A DNA stretch of 64,000 nt. Origin: an uncultured archaeon. Lineage in GTDB: Archaea > Asgardarchaeota > Lokiarchaeia > Sigyniarchaeales > SOKP01. Shown in pieces: positions 1 through 10,327 of this stretch. The translations under genes were made by a program, and so were the position numbers. A model generated the notes under the pieces. That model made no database searches and was not told where the DNA came from. It saw only the letters and a list, made by a program, of their open reading frames with translations. The stretch lies in assembly GCA_964486045.1 (NCBI GenBank), contig CAZALK010000014.1:1-64000 (forward strand). The letters run 5' to 3'. Numbering within the stretch: position 1 is the stretch's first letter; every line of letters starts with the position of its first letter.

Positions 1-258
1 AGAGTGTTATTGGATTAGCAATAATCTTTTATTTAGTTATAATAATATATTCAAAAAACCACATTTTATATCTTCAATACCAGATACAAGTACACTAAGA
101 GGGCAAAATCTTTAACACTGCTTTTTCTCCCAAATAAGACAAAAAGAATAACAACAGAGACAATTATTAAATGAAAAAATCTGAAAATAGAAAAGAATAC
201 GTATATAATTATTATAGAGGATAATAATTCTTATCAAAGTGAAATGGATTAGAAGACT

Positions 259-1281
259 ATGAGCGAAACCATTATAAAACTAGAAAATTTAAGCAGGAAA
301 TACGGTAATTTTACAGCCTTGGATACTGTAAGTTTTTCAGTTCAAAAAGGTGAAATTATCGGATTAGTGGGGCCAAATGGAGCAGGAAAGACTACACTGC
401 TTAAACTAATAGCTCGCTTGATTAGACCAAATTCCGGAACCATTTTTATTAAAAATATTGATTGTCAATTACAGAACATTCATAAAAATTCAAAAAATTT
501 AATCGAAATGGGATTTTTAATCGATATTCCTCACTTTTATAACACAACCCCGTATTGTTTATTAAGACATATTGCTAACATTAGGAATTACCCAAGGAAT
601 AAAATAAAACTTAGAATTGATAAGCTTTTAAAATCCTTGGATTTATATGATTGGAAATTTAAGAAGTTAAAAACATTTTCAAAAGGAATGATCCAGAAAT
701 TGGGTTTTATGATTGCGATAATTCACGACCCAGAACTAATTATTCTTGATGAGCCTCAAACAGGCTTAGATACAAATGCTCGTATAAAAATAAGAGAACA
801 TCTAAAATCTCTTCAAAATGAGGGGAAAACCATTCTTTTATCGTCCCATTTATTAACTGAGCTAAGAGAAGTATGTGATAAGATTGCTCTAATAAATCAA
901 GGTGTTTTGATTGGATTTGATACAATTGATAATTTGGAGCGGGATTTCAAAACTAAGGAGTTAATTTGTGAAATTATTAATCCAATTCCTAAAGAAAGGG
1001 TAAAGGATTTAATTCTAAGATTGATTCATCAATTAAAACCATTTTTGGAAGCAAAAATGGACCACTCAAATTTTGATGGTTCGATCACTTATAATAACCA
1101 GAAAAAAATTTTTACAATATGCTACGATGGTAAACAAACTTCAAGAAGTGAAATTTTAAACATTTTGTCTACTGAATTCAAATCCGATTTGACCGTAAGT
1201 TCTTTTTACGAACCAAAGATCTCTCAATTAGAAAGCCTATATTATCAAATGATAGAAAAAAATCCTAAAAAACTAAAATGA
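259..1281 (+). CDS. ABC transporter ATP-binding protein (ABC-2/multidrug-type exporter)
   Basis: Walker A GPNGAGKT, signature FSKGM, Walker B IILDEP, H-loop SSH. Confidence 0.95.
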   Translation: MSETIIKLENLSRKYGNFTALDTVSFSVQKGEIIGLVGPNGAGKTTLLKLIARLIRPNSGTIFIKNIDCQLQNIHKNSKNLIEMGFLIDIPHFYNTTPYCLLRHIANIRNYPRNKIKLRIDKLLKSLDLYDWKFKKLKTFSKGMIQKLGFMIAIIHDPELIILDEPQTGLDTNARIKIREHLKSLQNEGKTILLSSHLLTELREVCDKIALINQGVLIGFDTIDNLERDFKTKELICEIINPIPKERVKDLILRLIHQLKPFLEAKMDHSNFDGSITYNNQKKIFTICYDGKQTSRSEILNILSTEFKSDLTVSSFYEPKISQLESLYYQMIEKNPKKLK

Positions 1282-1302
1282 GATTAAATGAGGTTACAAT
1301 AA

Positions 1303-2127
1303 GTGAAAAAATTAGATAATCTATCTGTAAATCTTAAAGTGGTTTCACACACGATATTATTTGAAATAAAACTCCAAAAAAAGAAATTTATTATGTTTTC
1401 AATTATAACGTTTATTTTTTTCTTGTTAAATAGTATAATTCCTTATGTTTTTATCACAAATATGCCCTTACCCAATTCCCAATTTGATTTATATCACGAT
1501 GGAATCGTAATTTTTATGACGATTCTATTCTTAACTACGGTGTTCTTTTTTTCAGGTATTATTTGTACTGAATATAAAAAGAAAACGGGTTTAACGTTGC
1601 TTCCTTTAATTGATAAGCATAATTTAATTATAGGGAAATATATAGCAAATTTTATATTAGTTATAGGAATTGCGGCTATTCAATACTTTCTAATGGCGCT
1701 TTTAAGTTTTTATTTTTATGCTGAGCCCATACCTCCTTCATTTTTTCTTAGTTTTGGATATCTTGCTCTATACATCCTAGCATTAGCTAGCGTTACAACA
1801 TTTCTAAGCTCTTTTATGCCTTCAGCAGGTCCAGTGATTGTAATTATTATTGGCCTCATCTTATTTGGGTTTACAACAATCGATAATTTTGTTAGACCTA
1901 CCAATATAGAGCCACTTTACTCGTTAACTTACTTTTACAATATGATTAGTAATATAATTTATCCTGAGTTCTCCACTATGGAAAGATATAGTGAATATAC
2001 TCAAGATAATATTCTTCATCGATTTTGGAGGTTCCCGTCTGCAGAAGGAGCATTAATAGTTTTAACATTATATACAATTGTTTTTTTCCTATTAGGATAT
2101 TTATTATTTAAAAGAAGGCAATTATAA
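1303..2127 (+). CDS. ABC-2 type transporter permease
   Basis: About 6 TM segments, 'E..KKTG..LL..P....LIIGKY' ABC-2 pattern, directly after the ATPase. Confidence 0.85.
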   Translation: MKKLDNLSVNLKVVSHTILFEIKLQKKKFIMFSIITFIFFLLNSIIPYVFITNMPLPNSQFDLYHDGIVIFMTILFLTTVFFFSGIICTEYKKKTGLTLLPLIDKHNLIIGKYIANFILVIGIAAIQYFLMALLSFYFYAEPIPPSFFLSFGYLALYILALASVTTFLSSFMPSAGPVIVIIIGLILFGFTTIDNFVRPTNIEPLYSLTYFYNMISNIIYPEFSTMERYSEYTQDNILHRFWRFPSAEGALIVLTLYTIVFFLLGYLLFKRRQL

Positions 2128-2179
2128 GATAATTTCAATAAGATTTAGAAAAATACGATGAAAAAAAAATAATAATGTT

Positions 2180-3199
2180 TTGAAAATGTTAAATATTAAA
2201 AAAAAAAAAAAATTAAAACTTATAGTACTCGTGTTTTTAGGCATTTTTATAACAAATTATGAATTTTATCCGTTGGTTTCATCAAGTTCTAATTACACCT
2301 TATCTTTAGATAAGGGATCTCAGATTTTTGAGGTGTCGTATTACGATAAAGAAGCATGGAAAGATATTATTAATGATTCTTCAAATCCTACAGATTGGTT
2401 TAGTGGTGAATCAGATACAATTGGAGCTAAAAGTAAAGCTACTGTATTAGGAGTACATGATGGTGGTAGTAGTACATTAGGCATGTTTGGGATGCTTTTT
2501 TTTTCCTGGTTCGAAGTAAATAGCTCGATTCTTTGGCAATATGGATATTATAAATCTTTTATTGATAGTAATTATCCAAATAATTATAATCTATGGAGAC
2601 CTTTTTTAACATTCTGGCCTTTTGGAACTGAACCATTTGATAATTATCATAATTCTTTTCACTCTATGCCTTTTCTTTTTCGAGAGCCCTTCGATTTTCA
2701 AAGCATTTTAAACAATTATATCGATTTTGCTGCTGTTGTTAATAATGATACCGCTTTGCAAGCATTAAATTTTTCCATACCAATCTTTAGTGGAGATGAT
2801 TTTTTATGGCGCTTTATTTTGGAAAATTATGTGATGGTTTATCCAATTAAAAATTATCTTACTGAAGTTATTAACGCACTTGAATGCGAAAATGTGACTG
2901 TTCAGGATAATAAAATCAAATTTAGGAGATTTGGAGAAAAACCCTACATAACGGAATTTACTTATAATTCCCAAGGATTATTGGATACCGTTGTTGTTAA
3001 AAATAATGATGATAGCTTAATCTATAAAATTACAAGTAGTAATCTAAAATTTGTGGTATACATCATCATTGGAATTAGCTTAAGCGCGATTTTAGGATTA
3101 ATAGGTCTCAGCTTCTATAGGAAAAGACGGTTAACTCTTCTTCTCAAATCCGATAAAATTAAAAGTGATCATAAAAAAATATTAAATGCAGTAACTTAA
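2180..3199 (+). CDS. Hypothetical membrane-anchored extracellular protein
   Basis: Basic then hydrophobic N-terminus; C-terminal TM followed by RKRR. Confidence 0.7.
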   Translation: MKMLNIKKKKKLKLIVLVFLGIFITNYEFYPLVSSSSNYTLSLDKGSQIFEVSYYDKEAWKDIINDSSNPTDWFSGESDTIGAKSKATVLGVHDGGSSTLGMFGMLFFSWFEVNSSILWQYGYYKSFIDSNYPNNYNLWRPFLTFWPFGTEPFDNYHNSFHSMPFLFREPFDFQSILNNYIDFAAVVNNDTALQALNFSIPIFSGDDFLWRFILENYVMVYPIKNYLTEVINALECENVTVQDNKIKFRRFGEKPYITEFTYNSQGLLDTVVVKNNDDSLIYKITSSNLKFVVYIIIGISLSAILGLIGLSFYRKRRLTLLLKSDKIKSDHKKILNAVT

Positions 3200-3347
3200 C
3201 CAAAAACTAACATTTTAGGGTTGTACTTTACAATTTATTTTTATATTGAGATTTTACCAGCTAACATTGACAATTTAATTACCGATCTTTCAGGCACATT
3301 ATTTTTAAAATGCAAGGAATTAAATAATTAAGGCGTATATTATGCAT

Positions 3348-3487
3348 AGACAAAGATTTAAAATCAAATATGATGTTCACTATCCACCCCTGGATTTTTG
3401 TCTTTTGGTAGTGTAACTTGTTACACTTACAATTTCTCACCCTTATATTGGTTTGTCTCTTATTGAGACTCTGGGTAGTGAGCATCA
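3348..3487 (+). ncRNA. Candidate structured RNA/ssDNA element, copy 1
   Basis: 15-bp closing stem 3371-3385/3473-3487 with 2 G-U pairs; inner hairpins GTGTAA-CTTG-TTACAC and GTCTC-TTATT-GAGAC; 3348-3360 also pairs with 3391-3403; homologous to the copy 288 bp downstream. Confidence 0.6.
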
Positions 3488-3635
3488 CCCTTAATATTTT
3501 CAAAGTTAGGGGAATTAAAGACTCAGAATTTTTTAGGAGTTTGTTTGTTTTCAAGAGAGAATTTTTTATTCCAGATGTTTAGTAATTGTTTTTAAAAAAC
3601 AAGCAAATAAATAAGTAAGATATTTTTAGTATAAT

Positions 3636-3779
3636 AGACAAGGATTTACAGCTAACCATGGTGTTCACTGCCTGACCCTGGATTTTTGTCTTTTGGTAGT
3701 ATGGTTTTCCATACGCTAATTTAATCTCACCCTTTGTATTGGCTTAGTCTCCTCTTGAGACTCTGGGCGAGGATCACCA
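3636..3779 (+). ncRNA. Candidate structured RNA/ssDNA element, copy 2
   Basis: Shares an identical 25-mer CCCTGGATTTTTGTCTTTTGGTAGT with copy 1; compensatory stems GTATGG-TTTT-CCATAC, AGTCTC-CTCTT-GAGACT and TGGTG/CACCA. Confidence 0.6.
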
Positions 3780-3907
3780 CCTTTCTGCCTTTTACGAGTA
3801 ATTAAATTAATCAAGGGGTGAAAAGAGAAAAGGTAAAAAAAAAGGAAGATATTAGTGAAGGTTTTTCCTTTTCCACTTTTTTAGATGGGCTTTAAACATA
3901 GAATTAT

Positions 3908-3977
3908 CAATCCCTAAGGAGTTTACGTTATTATTAGGTAACTTGTTACCATCTGCTCGTTTTGGCCTAAGGGATTG
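3908..3977. repeat. Inverted repeat / stem-loop
   Basis: CAATCCCTAAGG (3908-3919) pairs with CCTAAGGGATTG (3966-3977) with one mismatch and encloses the palindrome GGTAACTTGTTACC (3937-3950). Confidence 0.55.
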
Positions 3978-4093
3978 CTGCCACTCATAATACGATTTTG
4001 GTCTCCCCATGAAGAAAAACAAAATCGCCCTACAATTAAATTAGGAGACGCCGACAAATTTTAGTAATTAGCACAATGTTAAAAAGATTATAA

Positions 4094-4693
4094 CTTACAT
4101 ACGAGTTTGGTAGATTTCTCGAGTCTTTTAAAGTTGGAAATGTCTTTGATATAACCCAAACCACTGAATACGAGAATTACCTTAAGGAACAAAGCGAAAT
4201 AGACGAAAAAATTATGAAAAATAGTGAAATTGATTATAGTACAGCAATGAATTTTGTTTCAACCAATTTCCCAAAAGTCATAATTAGAGAAGAGTTTAAA
4301 GACCAAGCAAAGAAAGGAAGTTATGATCCTATATCCCTTAAAATAACCTTGAATGAAAAGACTTCTCAAGCCCTTTTTCATGAAATCGGGCACTATTTAA
4401 CCATAGAAGTTTTAAAGATCGCGGGAGATATCATAAAAGAATACGCAAAAAACGAAGTTCTAGCCGAACTAACCAGCTACCAACTTCTTAAGAAATTCGA
4501 TGAAACCCTTTCCTACAATTTTGCTTATAGCAATGTGTGGGCTGACAAAATAACAGAACTTTTTGAACTAGACGAGTTTATCAAATGTTATCAAGCCATT
4601 TCTAAATATATTGAGGAAAAATTAGTCTTTAAAACATCTACGGGGATATCTGCAAAACTCATATCTTATATCTCCTCATTTAGTTTTTCTTAA
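4094..4693 (+). pseudogene. 5'-truncated ArdC-like antirestriction protein (end of ssDNA-binding domain plus zincin metallopeptidase-like domain); ATG-started part is 4214-4693
   Basis: HEIGH zincin motif, then 'YAKNEVLAELTSY...FAYSNVW' resembling the ArdC C-domain. The frame is open upstream to a TAA at 4091-4093 and reads FKVGNVFDITQT (ArdC-N-like) without an ATG/GTG/TTG start. Confidence 0.65.
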
Positions 4694-4704
4694 TGTATTT
4701 TTTA

Positions 4705-5244
4705 TTATAATTTTTCAATTAAATTTTCTAAAAATTCTTTCCAATCATCATCACTAAGATTCGGTAAACTGAATCTAGCATTTGGATGAGAGTATTTGTC
4801 TAAATCAATGGTTTTTACCCAGTTTGTAAAGTTCTTGATCCTGGATAACGTTTGAGAAACGTAATATACTAAGTGTCCCCCGAAAATAGCCATTGAATAT
4901 TGCCCTTCTCCGTCTAAACCAACCCAATCTTTATCGCATAAGCGATTTGTAATGTTAATCAGCGACATTTCATACAATTTATTCTCAGCAATTTTGTCTT
5001 TCAAATAACTGTATGCATGACCGGTACCAACAACGTGACAATCAATTTTATTTGCGATTTCAATTAAAAAATCAACAATCTTTTTACCATCAAGCTCCCA
5101 ACTTAAAGACTCTGCGCCAATAACTAGAGCTTTCTTCATTGGGCTTTTAAGAAAATTAGCCATTACAACTGGGTCAGAAACAGATGTGCCCATTTCGGGG
5201 CCTGGAATGTTTGCTTTTTGATACGGACGTGTCATATTACTCAT
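4705..5244 (-). CDS. cdhB: CO dehydrogenase/acetyl-CoA synthase complex epsilon subunit
   Basis: PYQKANIPGP N-terminus, W.GLDGEGQY and HPNA.FS motifs. Confidence 0.88.
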   Translation of the reverse strand: MSNMTRPYQKANIPGPEMGTSVSDPVVMANFLKSPMKKALVIGAESLSWELDGKKIVDFLIEIANKIDCHVVGTGHAYSYLKDKIAENKLYEMSLINITNRLCDKDWVGLDGEGQYSMAIFGGHLVYYVSQTLSRIKNFTNWVKTIDLDKYSHPNARFSLPNLSDDDWKEFLENLIEKL

Positions 5245-5425
5245 TTTCCTCTGATTTTATTTTTAGCTAAAAGCTGTAAAATTATTTAGTTGTATAATTC
5301 CTATATTTAGAATTATTAAAGACAGTTTAAAAAAATTGTTCTTATAAAGCTAAACAAAATTAGGAGGGTTAAAATATTATTAATATAATGAGAAATCACT
5401 TTTCTTTGAATGAAAAAAAAAAAAT

Positions 5426-6841
5426 TTATATACATATCCAGAACCATTTTTCATATTGAGGAGATGTAATAATTCTAATATCTGAGGGTATATGAATATG
5501 GTTACCTCTTCTGTCCTCAAAATCATAATCGCCTGCCTCATAAACAAACCCACAACGAGCATATGCTATATCTGCATTTATGCCCTCAACCCAATAACTC
5601 TTTACTTCATCTAATCCTATTGTTTCATACCATTTGAGCTGATATGTAATCAAGCCTTGATCTGCTAAGGATAGGATAACATCTATAGCTGTTATAACTC
5701 CATCTTGAAGGGTATCATTCCTGAGATTATGAGCTGTAACACGTACATTATCAAGTCTTATATTGTTGCGAGGACTTCTAATTGTTATGCTTGGAATAAT
5801 GAGACTACCATTATTAGCATTCAATCTTACAATTTCTCTTCGAAAAGTCTCATAAATATTATTTAAATGAGAAAGGGACGTTTGGAAAAACTCGAAACTC
5901 ATCTTTGACTTATATGGATAATGATCAATTCGAAAAACGTTATTTTCATTTCGTCCCCCATCGTAGTACGAAAAATACCAAAGCCTATCAGTTCCATTAA
6001 TAGAATCTATTATATTTGTATCCATCTCTGCATCAAAATGATATTCCATATCAATTTTCCCTGAATTATCCAAATATACTAAAATATCAAATATAGAGAA
6101 GTGCCCCTCTTTGAATAAATCTGGTCTAACTGTTTCAACCTGTTCTGGATCAAAATTTAAATTTCCGATCCCTGCGATTGTGAACGTATTACTTTGATTG
6201 TCAATAATAATATAGGGAATTATTAAGGGTAAAATTAGGATTGATATGAATATAATTGATGCACTTAAATTCCTTCTTTTTTTGAGATTTATTCTACTAA
6301 ATACCTTTTTTGTTGTTGCAACAAGCCACTTCCAATTAAGGATTATATGTAAAAGAGCAAGAATAGCGAGTGTAATCCCGGCCCAATCGTGGATTACAAC
6401 AAAAAATAACGAATTAACGGAAAGAAATTCCCTGTCAACATCCAATAGGGGAAATTTGATTATCCCGGTAATAAATACTAATGAAAAAGATGTGAGCATT
6501 CCTATATCAATAAAGTATTTTAGCGTTTTTCTATTCCGTTTTATGATTTTAGGAATTTTTTTAGTCATATTAAATATCCATTTCCAATGGAGTGCTAAAT
6601 GAGCTAGAATAAGAATCCCTAATGCGATACCACTCCATTCGTGTAAAGTTGATAAACTTCCTGCAAAAAAATCAAGTAAATCTGTATGAATGTACATACT
6701 AAGGAATTTTAATACACCAGTAGGCAACTGAATTAAAGAGTAAACCACTATGCCCATGTCTACTAAATAATTAAGTGGTCTTCTCAAAATTCTTAAATTT
6801 TTTTTAATTTCCCTCTGTCTAAAGGAAATAAATCTCTTCAT
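5426..6841 (-). CDS. Membrane protein with two DUF4405 (cytochrome b-like) units and an extracellular C-terminal domain
   Basis: Repeated 'H.W.GI.L.IL.L.H..L.WKW' TM units. Confidence 0.7.
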   Translation of the reverse strand: MKRFISFRQREIKKNLRILRRPLNYLVDMGIVVYSLIQLPTGVLKFLSMYIHTDLLDFFAGSLSTLHEWSGIALGILILAHLALHWKWIFNMTKKIPKIIKRNRKTLKYFIDIGMLTSFSLVFITGIIKFPLLDVDREFLSVNSLFFVVIHDWAGITLAILALLHIILNWKWLVATTKKVFSRINLKKRRNLSASIIFISILILPLIIPYIIIDNQSNTFTIAGIGNLNFDPEQVETVRPDLFKEGHFSIFDILVYLDNSGKIDMEYHFDAEMDTNIIDSINGTDRLWYFSYYDGGRNENNVFRIDHYPYKSKMSFEFFQTSLSHLNNIYETFRREIVRLNANNGSLIIPSITIRSPRNNIRLDNVRVTAHNLRNDTLQDGVITAIDVILSLADQGLITYQLKWYETIGLDEVKSYWVEGINADIAYARCGFVYEAGDYDFEDRRGNHIHIPSDIRIITSPQYEKWFWICI

Positions 6842-7175
6842 AATTAGTTTATCTTAACTTCTTTCAAATTTTCTAATTTTAAATCACCCAATAACTTCTT
6901 TGGGTACAAGATAAGTATTCAAATTTTTTTAAAATAATTTGAGATTTTAGAAAATAATATTTCTACCCCCCAAGTTTATATACTATAAGTATTTAGTTCT
7001 TATATTCTTAAAACCGAATCATTTTTTTTTTTTTGGAAAAAGAGCTGATCAATTATTTAAATGATATGTTAGTAGAACTAGTTGATTTTTTAAAAATGCT
7101 TATCAGGCTCCATCGTTTAGATTTAATATATAAATCTAAAATTTTCTCTCTATATTAAAAAGAGATTAAATAATT

Positions 7176-8639
7176 TTAATTAAAGTTTGGCTTTTTGACC
7201 TGCCATGGGGCAATTTCTTCAAAAGCTTGGGAAACCTGAAGAACAGAAACCTCATCAAATCTTTTCCCAATTATTTGCATTCCTATAGGAAGTCCCTCAT
7301 TCGACCAACCACAGGGAATTGAAGCAGCAGGGTGACCACTCATATTGAAAGGATGAGTATATGGTGACCAAGCTCCTAATGAAACCGTTTTTCCATCAAT
7401 TTTAGTTGGGGAGGATACACCTAATTCAAAAGCAGGACATGCCATAGTAGGAGTAATTAAAATATCAAATTCTTTAAAATGTTTGCATATATTCTCATAA
7501 ATGATTTCTCTTTGTATTTCTGCGTTATATATATCTTCTGTGGCAAGTTGAAGCCCAAATTGAGCCAACTGAACTAATTCTTGATCTAAAATATCTCCTT
7601 TTTGCTCTATTATCGGTTTTAGGAAATGTCCAATTCCATATGCCCATAATGTATACCATGTCAAGCTATAATTATTTACATTCACTTGTCCTCTGAGTGT
7701 TTTTCCATTTGATAATAAATTAATGTTACTTTTTTCAACTGACCAATTAAATTCTTCAAATTTTTTCACAGCATCTAATACTGATTTTTCTACTTCAGAA
7801 TGAATAGTTTCTAATCCACCCAAATCTATTGCATATCCTATTTTCAGTTTCTTAGGTGTTTCTTCTAAAGCATTATAGAAACTATAATTTGGCTTTGGTA
7901 AAGAATATCTGTCAATATCATCAGCTCCAACTAAGGCATCAAGCATTAGAGCAGCATCTTTTACATATCTAACTAAAGGTCCCTTTTGAACGTACGTGCC
8001 CATATTACCTTCTATTTTCATTGAAGTTTGTGGTATGCGCCCAAAAGTTGGTTTGATACCATATAAACCACAAAAACTACTTGGAATACGAATAGAACCT
8101 CCTCCATCCGAACCTTGCGTTAAAGGACTTAAACCAGAAGCCGTTGCTGCTGCCCCCCCTCCAGTAGATCCTCCCGTAGTTCTTTCTAAATGCCATGGAT
8201 TTTTTGTTTCACCAAAAATTAAATTTACAGTTACCCCCTTGTACCCAAATGCAGGCATATTTGTTTTTCCTAAAATCACCGCACCCGCTTCTTTCAACCT
8301 TTTGACGGCGATATCATCGTTGGGTGAGATATAGTTTTCAAATGCTTTACTGCCACAAGTAGTTCTAATTCCTTCAATATCAACATTATCTTTGATAGAA
8401 GTCGGGATACCATGTAATAGTCCTAATTTTTCACCCTTTTTAACAGTAGTATCAGCTATTTTTGCCAAATCTCTAGCTAAATCGAATGTAGTAGTACAGT
8501 AGGCATTAATTATTGGATTTATCTTTTCAATTCTTTCAATTATTATTTCAGTAATTTCTTGCGATGATATTTCTTGATTTATAATCTTCTCTTTCATTTC
8601 CCACGCAGGCATAAAACATATATCTTCTCTCTTCATCAT
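7176..8639 (-). CDS. Amidase signature family protein
   Basis: IKD, GKTN, GGSTGG, GSDGGGSIRIP. Confidence 0.93.
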   Translation of the reverse strand: MMKREDICFMPAWEMKEKIINQEISSQEITEIIIERIEKINPIINAYCTTTFDLARDLAKIADTTVKKGEKLGLLHGIPTSIKDNVDIEGIRTTCGSKAFENYISPNDDIAVKRLKEAGAVILGKTNMPAFGYKGVTVNLIFGETKNPWHLERTTGGSTGGGAAATASGLSPLTQGSDGGGSIRIPSSFCGLYGIKPTFGRIPQTSMKIEGNMGTYVQKGPLVRYVKDAALMLDALVGADDIDRYSLPKPNYSFYNALEETPKKLKIGYAIDLGGLETIHSEVEKSVLDAVKKFEEFNWSVEKSNINLLSNGKTLRGQVNVNNYSLTWYTLWAYGIGHFLKPIIEQKGDILDQELVQLAQFGLQLATEDIYNAEIQREIIYENICKHFKEFDILITPTMACPAFELGVSSPTKIDGKTVSLGAWSPYTHPFNMSGHPAASIPCGWSNEGLPIGMQIIGKRFDEVSVLQVSQAFEEIAPWQVKKPNFN

Positions 8640-8677
8640 TTAACCTTACATTTTTATTAATATTTTATTTAACAATT

Positions 8678-10096
8678 TTAATTAAAATTAGGCTTTCTAT
8701 CCTGCCATGGGGCAATTTCTTCGAAGGCCTTTGAAACTTGTAGAATTAATAATTCCTGAAATCGCTTACCAACTATCTGCATACCAATAGGTAAGTTATC
8801 ACTTGTCCATCCACAGGGAATAGAAGCAGCAGGATGCCCCGTAAAATTAAAAGGAAATGTAAACGGTTGCCAATCTGTTGCTCTTACACTAACTCCATTT
8901 ATTTTTTGAGGTGCAGCAATTCCTAATTCAAAAGCAGGTACGGCTGTCGTTGGGGTTACAAGTATATCATAATCTTTAAAAGTCTCATAAACAGATTCAT
9001 AAAATTCAGCTCGAGTTTTCATAGCGAGTGGTAAGCTTGAAGCTGGGAATTGTAATCCTGCTTTGACCCAAGTTAGGAGGGTAGGATCAAGTTTATCTTT
9101 CCAATCATCTAAGTATGGCTGGATTTCATGTCCAAAAGCGACTAACCAATGAGTGCTAAAAGCAAGTGAAGGATCAATTCCTTTAAATTTTGCTTCTTCC
9201 ACACTCCATCCAAGAGTTTCAAATTTTTGAACAGACTTTAATACAGATTTTTCTACTTCAGAATCTATGACATTAGCAAACCCTAAATCTAAGCTATAGC
9301 CAATTTTTAATTTTCTTGGTCTTTCATTTATGTGCTCGAAATAATTGACTTTTTCTTCAGGTAGTGAAAATCTATCACTTTCAGACGGTCCCTTGATTAC
9401 ATCTAGCATTAATGCAGCGTCTGACACATATCTTACAATAGGACCTATAACCGAGAGACCTAAATTAATTTTAAATACTCCTGAATCACGAGGAACCCTT
9501 CCAAATGAAGGTTTTAAACCATATGTTCCACAAAAGCCAGCGGGATGTCGAATAGATCCTCCTCCATCTGATCCTTGAGCTAATGGTCCCATTCCAGAAG
9601 CAACTGAAGCTGCTGCTCCTCCACTAGAACCTCCCGATGTTTTCTCAAGATTCCAAGGATTTGGTGTCACTCCAAATATTTGATTATCGGTTACTCCTTT
9701 GAATCCAAATTCCGGAGTATTCGTCTTTCCTAAAATTACACAACCTGCATTTTTTAAACGTGTAACTGTGATACTGTCTTCATCAGGAATGTTATTCTCA
9801 AATATTTTTGATCCATAAGTAGTTCTTACTCCTTTCACTGCCATTAAATCTTTTATAGAAGTTGGAATCCCATTTAAAGGAGGGATTTTCTCATTTTTTC
9901 TCACTCTAACATCAGCTTTTTTTGCCATTTCCCTTGCTAAGTCAAAAGTGGGAGTACAATAAGCATTGATTATCGGATTTAACCTCTTAATTCTTTCAAT
10001 GAGAACCTCAGTAATTTCTTGTGAAGTCAATTCTTGTGTTTTAATTTTCTCTGCCATTTCCCAAGCGGGCATGAAACAAACATCATTTTCTACCAT
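8678..10096 (-). CDS. Amidase signature family protein (tandem paralogue)
   Basis: IKD, GKTNTPEF, GGSSGG, GSDGGGSIRHP. Confidence 0.93.
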   Translation of the reverse strand: MVENDVCFMPAWEMAEKIKTQELTSQEITEVLIERIKRLNPIINAYCTPTFDLAREMAKKADVRVRKNEKIPPLNGIPTSIKDLMAVKGVRTTYGSKIFENNIPDEDSITVTRLKNAGCVILGKTNTPEFGFKGVTDNQIFGVTPNPWNLEKTSGGSSGGAAASVASGMGPLAQGSDGGGSIRHPAGFCGTYGLKPSFGRVPRDSGVFKINLGLSVIGPIVRYVSDAALMLDVIKGPSESDRFSLPEEKVNYFEHINERPRKLKIGYSLDLGFANVIDSEVEKSVLKSVQKFETLGWSVEEAKFKGIDPSLAFSTHWLVAFGHEIQPYLDDWKDKLDPTLLTWVKAGLQFPASSLPLAMKTRAEFYESVYETFKDYDILVTPTTAVPAFELGIAAPQKINGVSVRATDWQPFTFPFNFTGHPAASIPCGWTSDNLPIGMQIVGKRFQELLILQVSKAFEEIAPWQDRKPNFN

Positions 10097-10327
10097 TTTT
10101 TCAACCTTGAATAAAAATAGTTTTTAAATTATAAAGATCTTTAATTTGTCTTTCTTTAAAAAGAAGTTTCTTCTCTTAATTATGGTAAAAAATAATAATT
10201 AGAATTTAATTGAAACTCCGTTTTTTATCTTGCCAAAGAACTATAATTCAATTAACCAATAAGAATGAAATTATAATACAAATATTACTTCTCATTATTT
10301 AAATAAATTCAGAAAGAAGGTTACAAA

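Noticed and set aside
3279-3554. 91-aa minus-strand ORF
   Set aside because: Overlaps the structured repeat, has no recognisable motif, and copy 2 has no equivalent ORF in the track.
3348-3779. tRNA, 5S rRNA, SECIS, hammerhead or known riboswitch identity for the duplicated element
   Set aside because: No cloverleaf or T-loop, no CUGAUGA/GAAA core, and no consensus I recognise; left unclassified.
7176-10096. GatA (Glu-tRNA amidotransferase subunit A)
   Set aside because: No gatB/gatC nearby and GatA-specific motifs (e.g. DEFAMGS) are absent; general amidases.
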